This document shows positions 10,601 through 19,183 of a stretch of 64,000 nucleotides of DNA, in pieces. Under the pieces are notes generated by a model. It had not been told where the DNA came from. It searched no databases and worked only from the letters and a program-made list of their open reading frames with translations. The stretch spans positions 352,001 through 416,000 of the forward strand of contig JBGAON010000002.1 in the NCBI GenBank assembly GCA_044221725.1. The letters are read 5' to 3'. The stretch comes from Elusimicrobiota bacterium (GTDB lineage Bacteria > Elusimicrobiota > Elusimicrobia > F11). Position numbers and translations under genes: made by a program. The stretch's first letter is position 1, and the number at the start of each line of letters is the position of its first letter.

Positions 10601-13600
10601 AGAGATCCTGCTCGTGAAGTGGTTGCTCGGGTACCGACTTCCGGTGGAATTTCTTGTTCCGGAATCGCAACGAGAAAAATACGCTCCGCTGGCCAAGTGG
10701 TTGGGGAATGTCACTTTGCGCACGTTCGATCCGTCGACATTGAATACGGACAATCACGGACAGCCGGAAATGCAGTTCGATGAATTTATTCGAACATTCG
10801 AATCCGGCGATCCGAACGTTTTGTTGGTCACGTCCCGCTGGTCTATCGCGGAGGGAAACAATCACGCTCTCGATTTGTTCGCTCTTTTTGATTCTGTGGT
10901 CAGAAACCCGGCACAAACACCGGGTGTAATGCGCATCCTGGGGGCTATTCGCTCTGCGGCGACCAAAGGAGATGCGGAATCGTTTCGAACAGACAACGGA
11001 CAGGCACCGGGCGCGTGGGGACTTTGGTTGCATTTGGAAAATATGGTGCGTTGGTTTATTCGGCCAATTGCCCAGAAATTCGGCTACACCGCCCCTTATC
11101 TAACGGGATTTTCAGCGACCGAAGCGACCTATCGATTTCTGATTTATGGTCTTCTGGAATCCGCAATCGCTTTGGTTTTGTGGCTCACGTTGGGGCCCTC
11201 ATCAGCGTTGGGTGCTTCCGTTGGATTTCATTTTTTTTTTCACGCTTTCAGCGGCGTGTTTCGCCAGGATGATGAAACCGATTCGTATTTATTGGCCACG
11301 ATGGTCAACGGAAAGGGCGATCAAAATCTTTCCGATGTTACCGGCGCCTTGCTCGTTTCGTTTGCTTCAACAACTTTTCCCATTTGTGTTGGCTTTTGGA
11401 ACGAATGGCTGGGCGTATTCCTATTGATTCTCATGCATCCGTTATTAAATCTATCGGTTGTGGGCATGCGCCACCTAACGACCCGTCATTTCCACTCGAG
11501 TCGCCCCGTCGAACCGAGTTTTTTCGCCGACCAACACACGAGTTCGTTTGCTCTGTTGGGACGCACAGGAAATGTCACATCAGCAATGGCCCTCAGCGCG
11601 GATGGGAAAAAATTGTACGCGGGTTCAATTGAAATTGGTCCGCTAAACATTGGTGGGCCTTTGTCGGTCCTCGATACCGATACATACGCGACGCGCGTCT
11701 TAACGAAAGGAAAAGTAGGGAATCTTGACGTTGAGCGCCTCGTCGAGGTTTCCGGGCTCGCGGTTGCCGCTGATGGAAAAACATTGGTGGCGGTCGGAAA
11801 ATCGGGTGTGATGGGATTCGATGTTGAAAACGGTTTGGAAGTGTTTAGCGATGTGACGCCGGCGGAGGCTGTCGCCCTATTTCCCGATGGCGAAACTTTT
11901 TTGACGGCGCGGGACGGAGTGTTTGCGTACCGCATTCATCGCGGAATATTGAGCAAGCCGGTTAAATTATTTTCGTCCCGTTCTTACGTCTCCGCGCTTG
12001 CGATCAACCCGGTCAGTGGCGAATTTGCGTTTGGCGATCGGGGGGGAGATATCTCGCTCGTTGGAAACGGCCGCCCGCCTCGTCACCTATTGTCCGCGCA
12101 TAAAAAAAACGTTACGTCGCTCGAGTACTCGGCGGACGGGCAAGCACTTGTCTCGGCGTCTTTGGATGGCGATGTCTGTATTTGGGACGCTCTGTCCGGA
12201 CAGAAGAAACTGACATTGTCCATGCCATGGCCATTGCTTGTGAGTGCCGCAGCCTTCGTGCCGAACCACAGAAAAGTCGTTGCGGCTTATGTCGATGGGA
12301 CCGTGGCCGTTTGGGATTTGGAAACAGCGCAGGTGGAAAAGATATTTTCCACGCAGTTTCGTTCGATCGCGGGAAACTGTTTGCGCGTATCGGCTGATGG
12401 AAATAATATTTTTGTCGGTGGCACCGAAAATCGCGACGTTTCCAAGCCCGATTCGGCTCGAACCATTGAAGTGTGGAAAATTTTCGACGACACCACAGCG
12501 AGCGCGTCGTTGGCGGATTTAAAAAAGCCCGCTTCCATAGGAGCGTTGCCATTTTCTCATTTGGAGTCCGCGCAGCGACTGTTTCGTGAGAAGCAATTCA
12601 TCCCTGTTGAGCTTCGGTCGCTGTTTGATCGGTTGCCAACAATGGGGGCCCGGCAAGCGGCGATGATTGTCTGTTATCTTTTTCATTTGGGGAAAATCGA
12701 TTCGGGAAAACTTACGACCGAACTTCAGAAGATTATCGACGACGAATCCGCGGCAAAGAAAATTGCCGATGAAAGAAGTTTATCCGAAACGCCGATGATG
12801 GGACTCGAGCTGCACACGAGCATTGGACAAGCCGAGCGGCATGGCGCCGTGGCGCAGGCTTTGTTTGATTTTATGATGCGCGTCCCAGGGAACCTGGGCG
12901 CCTCCGGAGAGCTCTCCATCCGGACGTTGTTCGAAGATGGTGGGCTCGAAGTTCAAACATTGCCGTCGTTTGCGTGGCAGACACAGGCGCGCATCTGGGA
13001 ATTGTGGGAAGACGTTTTTGAAGCGGAGCGCATTCCGCTCACGTTTCCCGTGGATTATCAAACCAATACCTCCGAATGTTGGGTTCACCTTAACTTCAAT
13101 GGGGCCGTCCACGACAGTAATCTCGAGTACGGAATCTATCGTTGGCTCGCGATTAACGGGGATTTCGATTTGTTGCGTGGTCAAAAGGTGCCATTCGGTC
13201 GAAGCCAAAGATATTTTGCATGGAACGTGCGTTATCCGACCGGGTCTCGGTTGGGGGGCTATCGAACCGAAGTGGTTGGGCTTGTTACAACCAAAGCTAT
13301 CGCCCGTGAATTCGACGACCCGCGATTGTTTGACGCGAACGCGTTTCGCGCGTATCGCTCCCGTTTGTTTAAAGACCTGTTCGAATTGGTTCGTGAAATT
13401 AAATCGCCACCGATGGTTCGATCGCTACAGGCGCATATTGCTGACCTTCCCTATGATTTTTTCGCTCTCACGTCTGCGATCCCATGGACCCAGGATCGTG
13501 CTCAAAACATCTCGATCCAACACGAACGGGAGGCCCGATACGAAGCCTTTCGTGACTCTGCGGATCACGAGCCAATTATTGGAGATAGGAAAACAGGCGA

Positions 13601-14429
13601 GCGGCTCGTTTCAAGCCGCTTTCATACCGATTTCAGCGTTGATGAATCACAATTGGAAGGATATTTGCCCAACAGACGATTATCGATTGTGGTGAAGCCT
13701 ACGGTCCGGCCCTCAAATGTTTTTAAACGTGAGATGGTGCTGGCGATGACCCCCGACGTGTTAACAAAGAGCATTCCACTGGACGGTGGCTTAAAAGAAG
13801 GAGATGAGGTGGTTTTTCACGATGCAAACGGTGCGGAATTGTCTTCGGTTCGAGCCACCATTGGAAAAACGCGGATTCATCCAAAAACACTGCGTCCATT
13901 TCCGGCGACCGTGATATTCGAGCCAAAAGACGGCGCAACGCCGGAGAAACCGGCGCCTCGATATTATTGGAAAATCAAAGCGGAAGACGTGTTTATCGTC
14001 ACGGCGCTTTTCGTGGCCGTCTTGACGGACAATAATTGGATTCCGTTTTTGGCGTTCGTATTGTTCGTTCTGTCTCACTTCAGGAATATGAAACGCGACG
14101 GCGCGTACCACACGCGCGACAATTTGTTGACCTATTTCATTTCGTTGCAGGTCTTCTCGGCGTTGTTGTTTGTCGCGTTTGCAATGCCGTGTTACACGAT
14201 TGCGTCGAGCGAAATCAGTAAGGGGTGGAAGATTGTGCCGGTGCTCTGGCTGCTGGTCGCCTCCGAACTGCATACACGCTACAGCCTATGGGCGCACGAG
14301 CGTATCGCTAACGGAACAACCAACGGATTTTTGCTGGCCCCGCTTATGATACCGCGCGGCGATTTCAGACCCGGAAAAGTACGGTTCGCGAGTCTTCAAA
14401 GCCGACTGAAAACCGAACAATCCAGCTAG
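7653..14429 (+). CDS. Large (2258 aa) exported multidomain protein: ChaN/EreA/TraB-like N-domain, two TM bundles, WD40 propeller
   Basis: Uninterrupted 6.8-kb ORF; signal peptide ending AFA; LQDVH/GVEG/AGGFHT motifs; WD40 blades (HKKNVTSLEYSADGQALVSASLDGDVCIWD) at about 11560-12490. Confidence 0.85.
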   Translation: MRFCVHLRRRFPAVVAGIYFATNCAFAHSREVNLWDQYSAPTSKSPQVILLQDVHMNAEAQQKMSAFIQQQINEKKIDFIGVEGAFDKFDLSPFRTFPDQHVLLSVARSFLKHGRLAAVSSAVLVSCDMPTIVVGVDDRHHYDANVNAYRSAIKERTSADQRLLRLEQSLARRKTRVFSAELRQLDGFREAYRRKQIGVGPYIEALSRYAPVSGDARKFLTAYRFERVIDFTAGELPKNRIVGERYVRLIDGIASKQLFQGFDRIEKQAFGAVATTDAEKRLLRQCDVVQLQRKLVSFSLTAHEWQQYQELRLTSSNQLHLEAFERFYREADIRSAKMAEKLIVDAEGKHALIVAGGFHTEAITGILRDKGISYAVYTPKLKEQHGGPDRTYLSAFVREKTPLDRLFEGEKLFLKPQLGEINGPTGAELLMSAQARVGDAAGRNPVEIKVPLKESLIDVRVHKAPEPANDTRDIKQIAPVDPVDPLLEAVGTALKFDLSYRDRVNEVVLRRLALRMLEASKENKRLHPMLRDAFTRIVVMPGSPTQRRGFKDPLTVQDIFIGLGLHLLDKASRRSANKFGPADLRYVADLLEVYNERAKPKLRIDIPWFFNLALAPAFYEKDSSRIFFHYSRQLKYLPRSLAIAAVATDAFMKNIHLVDVFFDKAIDGPYDYLIGLDHARFLMDQSKTGRNSKQEQMQLSLGLGAMFSLWAHSFLWGTLIHERIFGFTVTHQKAWFDFVSENFEIFDTMLRHFYGPKHRFSARKMVANQDPLLLGLSWSFYMEAEEKVFPASHDPLTVTDAFVTRLNRQGRVAIRWIEALIFRAQLPNGTRVAYRYDTAERRKKNIFEALEKISQAPMFVPRPIPDTRDPAYKIGRLVFCIATMRDEHAAQILLNTNPFEVAVRKSGKNKWIPWQTLLSDDAFQRRVAQQITAQFKNANLEFAWTPNIDNALRAVLFGLANASAESISRRQCFAFSGTKPTHIEILLVKWLLGYRLPVEFLVPESQREKYAPLAKWLGNVTLRTFDPSTLNTDNHGQPEMQFDEFIRTFESGDPNVLLVTSRWSIAEGNNHALDLFALFDSVVRNPAQTPGVMRILGAIRSAATKGDAESFRTDNGQAPGAWGLWLHLENMVRWFIRPIAQKFGYTAPYLTGFSATEATYRFLIYGLLESAIALVLWLTLGPSSALGASVGFHFFFHAFSGVFRQDDETDSYLLATMVNGKGDQNLSDVTGALLVSFASTTFPICVGFWNEWLGVFLLILMHPLLNLSVVGMRHLTTRHFHSSRPVEPSFFADQHTSSFALLGRTGNVTSAMALSADGKKLYAGSIEIGPLNIGGPLSVLDTDTYATRVLTKGKVGNLDVERLVEVSGLAVAADGKTLVAVGKSGVMGFDVENGLEVFSDVTPAEAVALFPDGETFLTARDGVFAYRIHRGILSKPVKLFSSRSYVSALAINPVSGEFAFGDRGGDISLVGNGRPPRHLLSAHKKNVTSLEYSADGQALVSASLDGDVCIWDALSGQKKLTLSMPWPLLVSAAAFVPNHRKVVAAYVDGTVAVWDLETAQVEKIFSTQFRSIAGNCLRVSADGNNIFVGGTENRDVSKPDSARTIEVWKIFDDTTASASLADLKKPASIGALPFSHLESAQRLFREKQFIPVELRSLFDRLPTMGARQAAMIVCYLFHLGKIDSGKLTTELQKIIDDESAAKKIADERSLSETPMMGLELHTSIGQAERHGAVAQALFDFMMRVPGNLGASGELSIRTLFEDGGLEVQTLPSFAWQTQARIWELWEDVFEAERIPLTFPVDYQTNTSECWVHLNFNGAVHDSNLEYGIYRWLAINGDFDLLRGQKVPFGRSQRYFAWNVRYPTGSRLGGYRTEVVGLVTTKAIAREFDDPRLFDANAFRAYRSRLFKDLFELVREIKSPPMVRSLQAHIADLPYDFFALTSAIPWTQDRAQNISIQHEREARYEAFRDSADHEPIIGDRKTGERLVSSRFHTDFSVDESQLEGYLPNRRLSIVVKPTVRPSNVFKREMVLAMTPDVLTKSIPLDGGLKEGDEVVFHDANGAELSSVRATIGKTRIHPKTLRPFPATVIFEPKDGATPEKPAPRYYWKIKAEDVFIVTALFVAVLTDNNWIPFLAFVLFVLSHFRNMKRDGAYHTRDNLLTYFISLQVFSALLFVAFAMPCYTIASSEISKGWKIVPVLWLLVASELHTRYSLWAHERIANGTTNGFLLAPLMIPRGDFRPGKVRFASLQSRLKTEQSS

Positions 14430-14449
14430 AACCAGAATGATTTCCGTTA

Positions 14450-14478
14450 TTGATCCTGCTCGATCGAAGTATTAGGAT
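14450..14478 (+). promoter_or_regulatory. Putative sigma70 promoter for tRNA-Cys
   Basis: TTGATC-17 nt-TAGGAT. Confidence 0.55.
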
Positions 14479-14491
14479 CTCGCCCTGTTTC

Positions 14492-14622
14492 GTCCTCCTA
14501 CGCCCTGATGGGCTTCGGAGGACACCCTTCGCCTTTATTAATGTTGCTTCGGTTCGGAGCAATTGGTGGCCTGCCACCCGTAGCTCCGAACGTCGTAGTT
14601 TTTAGTGAGGAGCGAAGGGTGG
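14492..14622. repeat. Multi-hairpin palindromic (REP-like) element abutting the 5' end of tRNA-Cys
   Basis: Hairpins 14492-14523 (TAC/TTC internal loop), 14544-14562, and 14574-14622 (GTA/GAA internal loop). Confidence 0.65.
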
Positions 14623-14694
14623 TGCGGTACCCAAGTGGCCTAAGGGGAGAGTCTGCAAAACTCTTATTCGTCGGTTCAAATCCGACCCGCACCT
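14621..14694 (+). tRNA. tRNA-Cys(GCA)
   Basis: Acceptor GGTGCGG/CCGCACC, anticodon arm AGAGT-CTGCAAA-ACTCT, GGTTCAAATCC. Confidence 0.96.
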
Positions 14695-14749
14695 TGAATT
14701 TTTTTGTTGCAGAGAGGAAGTCGTTAGGTGTCTTTAAAAGGAGCTTAAG

Positions 14750-15469
14750 ATGAATGCACGCAAGAGAGTGGTGTCCGCAGCAGCCCTGGCAGCAGTTTTG
14801 GCTTTGGTTGGTTGTGTCAGCGCAAACAAGTACAAAAAGTTAGAAACCGACAGCAAAGCGCAGCAAGATGCTCTCGCCGCGAAGAACACGGCGCTCGCAC
14901 AAGAATTGGCGTCAATGAAAGATGCGAACGCATCGCTGAGCCAGCAAGCCGAGCAGCTCAAAAAATCGAGCGAAGACACAAAGACGCAATACGACGCCGT
15001 ATTGAACCAACTTCAAAACGAAGTACAAGCCGGCAATCTTAAAGTTACCCAGTATCAGAACATGCTGACCGTGGACGTCGCTGAGCAGATCTTTTTCACC
15101 TCCGGCAGTGCGAAATTGAAAAAGGGCGGCCAAGACGTGCTCCGCAAAGTGGGCGCGGCGTTGATTGGTTATCAGGACAAGATTATTCGCGTCGTCGGGC
15201 ATACCGATAATATTCCTCTTGGAAAAGCCGGTCAGGCAATTTTCCCCAGTAACTGGGAACTGTCGGTGATTCGAGCCACAAACGTCGTCCGCTTTTTGCA
15301 GGACGAATGCAAAATTCCGCCCGAACGCCTCGTTGCCTCCGGGCGTGGGGAATACGAACCGGTGGCGCCGAACGACACGCCGGAAGGCCGACAGAAAAAC
15401 CGACGTATTGAGATTATGTTGATTGATAAGAGTGTTGTTCAGGCGATGCAAGGCAAACCCAAACAGTAG
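14750..15469 (+). CDS. OmpA/MotB-family peptidoglycan-binding lipoprotein with coiled coil
   Basis: RBS AAGGAG; lipobox LVGC; GHTDNIP, SNWELS..RA, NRRIEI. Confidence 0.9.
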   Translation: MNARKRVVSAAALAAVLALVGCVSANKYKKLETDSKAQQDALAAKNTALAQELASMKDANASLSQQAEQLKKSSEDTKTQYDAVLNQLQNEVQAGNLKVTQYQNMLTVDVAEQIFFTSGSAKLKKGGQDVLRKVGAALIGYQDKIIRVVGHTDNIPLGKAGQAIFPSNWELSVIRATNVVRFLQDECKIPPERLVASGRGEYEPVAPNDTPEGRQKNRRIEIMLIDKSVVQAMQGKPKQ

Positions 15470-15472
15470 TCG

Positions 15473-16270
15473 ATGAAATATCTCTTGGGTTCACCAAAGA
15501 GTTTTAAAAGGGCAATCCCGTTGTGCGGGATTGCCCTTTTGTTTCTATCGGCGCCATCGTTTGCGCTTGTTGATGAGAACACCGGTTGGACGTACATGAT
15601 CCAAGCGGCGTTTGCGCCGCTTGCCATCGATGCTGTCTCAACGGTCAAAGGGCAATCGGCGTCGTTTGTTACAAATTCGAGCGATTACCTTGGTTTCGAT
15701 ACCAACGGAATCAAGGTGCGGCTTGAGGCATGGAAAGGGCGTTGGGGAATTACCGCGGATAACACACTGGCGAACTTTTCCGCTGAGAGTCGCATTGATA
15801 ATGCCAACACCGTGAAACTGAAGGGATACGATGCCAGCACCGAGCTGGGTGGAAGTTATTTGATTGCCAAACAGTCGTTCGGGCAAACGGCTGGCATGAT
15901 GTACGAAGGAATGGCCGGTGGTCGATTCGTCGCGTTGCGACAGGAATTGGATTATTCGTCGGGCGTCAGTGTCGCCGATAAAAAAGCTTACGTTGATCCG
16001 TATGTGGGGGCACGAATCACATGGATCATGAGCCGCATATGGAGTTTTGATGTGCGCGGGAACGTCGGTGGATTTGGGCTTGGTTCGGGATCCGAACTCA
16101 CGTGGATGGTAATGCCAGAGGTCAACCTGCATATTTCGGATTCGTTTATCGTTAATCTGGGGTACCGGAATTACGATGTGCGCACCGAAAAAGAAACCGG
16201 CAGTGAACCCACGCAATTTGATGGACGTGTTTATGGCACATTCCTTGGTGTGGAGGTTCGATTGCAATGA
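15473..16270 (+). CDS. Outer-membrane beta-barrel protein (paralog of 22765-23529)
   Basis: Signal peptide; amphipathic strands; YVDPYVGAR..GNVGGFGLGS..LTW; C-terminal GVEVRL. Confidence 0.75.
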   Translation: MKYLLGSPKSFKRAIPLCGIALLFLSAPSFALVDENTGWTYMIQAAFAPLAIDAVSTVKGQSASFVTNSSDYLGFDTNGIKVRLEAWKGRWGITADNTLANFSAESRIDNANTVKLKGYDASTELGGSYLIAKQSFGQTAGMMYEGMAGGRFVALRQELDYSSGVSVADKKAYVDPYVGARITWIMSRIWSFDVRGNVGGFGLGSGSELTWMVMPEVNLHISDSFIVNLGYRNYDVRTEKETGSEPTQFDGRVYGTFLGVEVRLQ

Positions 16271-16839
16271 GGGTCTTTCGTGAATTGAAATTTAACGTCG
16301 GTGCGTGTCTTGCCGCGACGCTTGTTCTCGGTTGTGCAACGACTGGGAACGTGAAAACCGATTTCGACGAAAGGGCCGATTTCGGAAAATTTAAAACGTA
16401 CGCGTTTCTGCCGCCGAAGGAAATCGACGGCGCCGGTGTTTTATCCAATTCGATTGTGCGGCAACGCGTCGAGTCGCTGATCAGTGAAAGTCTGGATGGC
16501 AAAGGATTGAAAAAAAACACGGATGCGAACAGCGCTGATTTGCTCGTGCAGTATTGGGTTGGAATAAAAGAGAAACAAGATGTCGCGAGCACGCCGACGA
16601 GTCCTGGCTATTATGGCGCCTACAATTACGGTCATTGGGCCGTTTCTTACAATCAATACGTGACGTACGATTACCGCGAAGGCACGTTGATCGTTGATCT
16701 CATCGATCGCGCGACAAAAGATCTCGCCTGGCGCGCGTATTTGGTTCAAACGCTCGTGGATAGTAAGGAAGAAAACTTTAAGACCGCGCAAAAGTCGATG
16801 CAAAAAGCCTTCGCGAATTACCCGCCGAAAAAGAAATGA
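16267..16839 (+). CDS. DUF4136 family lipoprotein
   Basis: Lipobox VLGC; DFGKFKTYAF, YREGTLIVDLID, FANYPP. Confidence 0.88.
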   Translation: MRVFRELKFNVGACLAATLVLGCATTGNVKTDFDERADFGKFKTYAFLPPKEIDGAGVLSNSIVRQRVESLISESLDGKGLKKNTDANSADLLVQYWVGIKEKQDVASTPTSPGYYGAYNYGHWAVSYNQYVTYDYREGTLIVDLIDRATKDLAWRAYLVQTLVDSKEENFKTAQKSMQKAFANYPPKKK

Positions 16840-17447
16840 AAAGTATCCACTTGAGAACCGGTATCACTCTTGCTTTTCTGGCGATCGGGGGTGTGGGCGC
16901 CCTTCATGCAGAGTCGGTTGAGATCGCGCCGTTTTATGGTTTGCGTTTTGGTGGAAATCTCGTGAACGATGCGACCGGTGATCCGATCCATCTCGATGCG
17001 GCGGGCGCGCTTGGTGCGACGGCGAACATTCCATTGCCGGGCCTGCGTGAGAAATTGGAGTTGCTGTACAGTCACCAGTCGTCGGGATTTTCGAGTGGCG
17101 GAATTGGCTCGATCGATGTGGATGTGGACGTTTATCAGGCTGGACTCCTGAAAGAGTACATGACCGAAGTTGATAAGTTTCGTCCGTTTCTTGTCGGGAC
17201 GCTCGGATTAACGCATTTCGCGTTTGAGAGCCCCTTCAACGATAAAGATCTTTTCTCGGTGGGGCTCGGCGGCGGATTCAAGTATCTGGCCACCGAGCAC
17301 GTCGGTTTTCGGCTCGATGCACGGGCTTATGTTTCGTTTGTTGAAGGCAGCGGTTCAATCGCCTGCGGAAACGGATGTGTGGTCCACTATCAGAGCTCGA
17401 CGTTCATTCAAGGGGAAATCACGCCGTCGGTTGTCGTTAGCTTTTAA
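16836..17447 (+). CDS. Small outer-membrane beta-barrel protein
   Basis: Signal peptide; EIAPFYG.RFGG, RPFLVGTLG, C-terminal Phe. Confidence 0.78.
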   Translation: MKSIHLRTGITLAFLAIGGVGALHAESVEIAPFYGLRFGGNLVNDATGDPIHLDAAGALGATANIPLPGLREKLELLYSHQSSGFSSGGIGSIDVDVDVYQAGLLKEYMTEVDKFRPFLVGTLGLTHFAFESPFNDKDLFSVGLGGGFKYLATEHVGFRLDARAYVSFVEGSGSIACGNGCVVHYQSSTFIQGEITPSVVVSF

Positions 17448-17486
17448 TTTGCAACAATCAGTCGCACTTACCAAAAGGAGACGCCC

Positions 17487-17858
17487 ATGAAATCCAACCG
17501 TTTCAAACACGTATTGAAAGTGACTTTTGTTGTTTCCATTTTTGTAGCGCTCGTGGGGCCGCGCGCGATCGCCAGTCCGTGCGACGCTGATGTCGATAAA
17601 TTTTGTGGCGATGTTCAGCCCGGTCACGGTTCGATTGCGGGTTGCCTGCAATCGCAAGAAGCAAATTTGTCGTTTCAGTGCCGCGATTGGCTAAAAAAAA
17701 TTGATGCGTCATTGAGAAAGATTGGTAACGCTTGTGTGTCCTCGGCCCGCGAATATTGCCGCGATGTGCGCCCGGGTTACGGTCGTGTCAAAGGTTGCCT
17801 CATGAACAACTTCGACAAACTCCCGAAAGATTGTCAGGACGCTTTGAAAGCGCACTAG
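17487..17858 (+). CDS. Exported cysteine-rich repeat protein (GLG1/Cys_rich_FGFR-like), copy 1
   Basis: Two C...D..K.C..V.PG.G.(I/V)..CL.....L...C repeats after a signal peptide. Confidence 0.85.
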   Translation: MKSNRFKHVLKVTFVVSIFVALVGPRAIASPCDADVDKFCGDVQPGHGSIAGCLQSQEANLSFQCRDWLKKIDASLRKIGNACVSSAREYCRDVRPGYGRVKGCLMNNFDKLPKDCQDALKAH

Positions 17859-17859
17859 T

Positions 17860-18378
17860 ATGCATCGATTTTCGAAAACTCTCGTCCTCGTTTCACTTGT
17901 CGGCTTCGCCGCGGTATCGTCACAGGCGTCAGTGACCGCTGGGAAAAACTGGTTCGGCCAGGGCCGAACCCGATTATCGATCTATGGCGGTGCCGCATCG
18001 AACCTTAATCAGACCTATGGCTTGATTGGAATCGGAGCGGGATATTTCATCTTGAACGGCCTCGAAGCCGGAATTGATGGGGAGGTCTGGTTCGGCAACG
18101 ATCCGAACATTTACAAGATCACACCAGAAGTTCGTTACGTATTTTGGCGTATGCAGCGAATCAAGCCGTATGTGGGTGGATTTTACCGCCGAACGATTTA
18201 CGAACATCTTGATGATGTTGATTCGTACGGTGGTCGCGCCGGCCTTTTCACCGCTATGGGGGGCCACGCCTACGCCGGCGTGGGAATGGTTTACGAACGA
18301 CTCGCCAATTGCAACGAGACCAAATACAAATCCTGCGATTCTTCTTATCCGGAAATTTCCTTCTCGGTGGGTTTCTAA
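17860..18378 (+). CDS. Small outer-membrane beta-barrel protein
   Basis: Signal peptide; GIGAGYF, PYVGGFY, terminal YPEISFSVGF. Confidence 0.72.
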   Translation: MHRFSKTLVLVSLVGFAAVSSQASVTAGKNWFGQGRTRLSIYGGAASNLNQTYGLIGIGAGYFILNGLEAGIDGEVWFGNDPNIYKITPEVRYVFWRMQRIKPYVGGFYRRTIYEHLDDVDSYGGRAGLFTAMGGHAYAGVGMVYERLANCNETKYKSCDSSYPEISFSVGF

Positions 18379-19137
18379 ATGAAAAAAACACTTCGCTTGT
18401 TGGCCGTTCTTTTCTGCTCGTTTGTTGCGGTGGAAACGGTGTTGGCGCAATCCGGAGAACCTCTTCGCGTGGGCGTCGCCCCCACAAGCCCGCCCATCCG
18501 ATTTTGGGAACAAAATAAGATAGTGGGACTCGAAGTGGATTTCGCTGAAGCTCTCGGGAAAGAACTGGGGCGGCCCATCGAATACGTCGATATGAAATTT
18601 TCACAGCTCATTCCCTCGTTGATTCATGGTGACATCGACATTATTATGTCCGGCATGTCGGTCACGCACGTGCGAAGTTTGCAGATCGCGTTTTCGGATC
18701 CTTACCTGAGAGTTCGTCAAATGGCTCTCGTGCGCGCGGAAGACAAAAACAATTTCTTGAGCACCATGGACATTGTGATGACGGACAAACGTGTGGGCGC
18801 CAAAGAAAACACGACAGCCGAGTTCCTTATAGTTCAGGAATTCCCGAACGCGAAAAAGACCCTGTTCAAAAGTCCCGAAGATGGCGCCAGCGCGCTAAAA
18901 AAGAAGAAAATTGATCTCATGATCATGGATTCGCCCTACGTATGGTGGTCCACGACAAGGAACGAAGGGAAATTGGTTCCGTTGCCCTATGGTTTGACGG
19001 AAGAAGCCTTGGCGTGGGGCGTGAACCGAACCAACACCGATCTTTTGGCCTCGGTCAACGCCGCGCTAGCAAAATGGAAAACAAACGGGCAATGGACGCA
19101 GATTATCAACAAATGGATACCGGGCTTTCAACAATAG
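18379..19137 (+). CDS. Amino-acid ABC-type substrate-binding protein (family 3); no permease in window
   Basis: LRVG..PP, GLEVDFAEAL, LI.SL..G.IDIIMSGMS.T..R...AFSDPY. Confidence 0.9.
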   Translation: MKKTLRLLAVLFCSFVAVETVLAQSGEPLRVGVAPTSPPIRFWEQNKIVGLEVDFAEALGKELGRPIEYVDMKFSQLIPSLIHGDIDIIMSGMSVTHVRSLQIAFSDPYLRVRQMALVRAEDKNNFLSTMDIVMTDKRVGAKENTTAEFLIVQEFPNAKKTLFKSPEDGASALKKKKIDLMIMDSPYVWWSTTRNEGKLVPLPYGLTEEALAWGVNRTNTDLLASVNAALAKWKTNGQWTQIINKWIPGFQQ

Positions 19138-19183
19138 CTAAGGGAATCGATCTTAAAATTATGTTTCAACGAAGGAGACAATC

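Noticed and set aside
14750..15469. Flagellar motor MotB
   Set aside because: Lipoprotein signal instead of the TM helix with conserved Asp; no motA or flagellar genes
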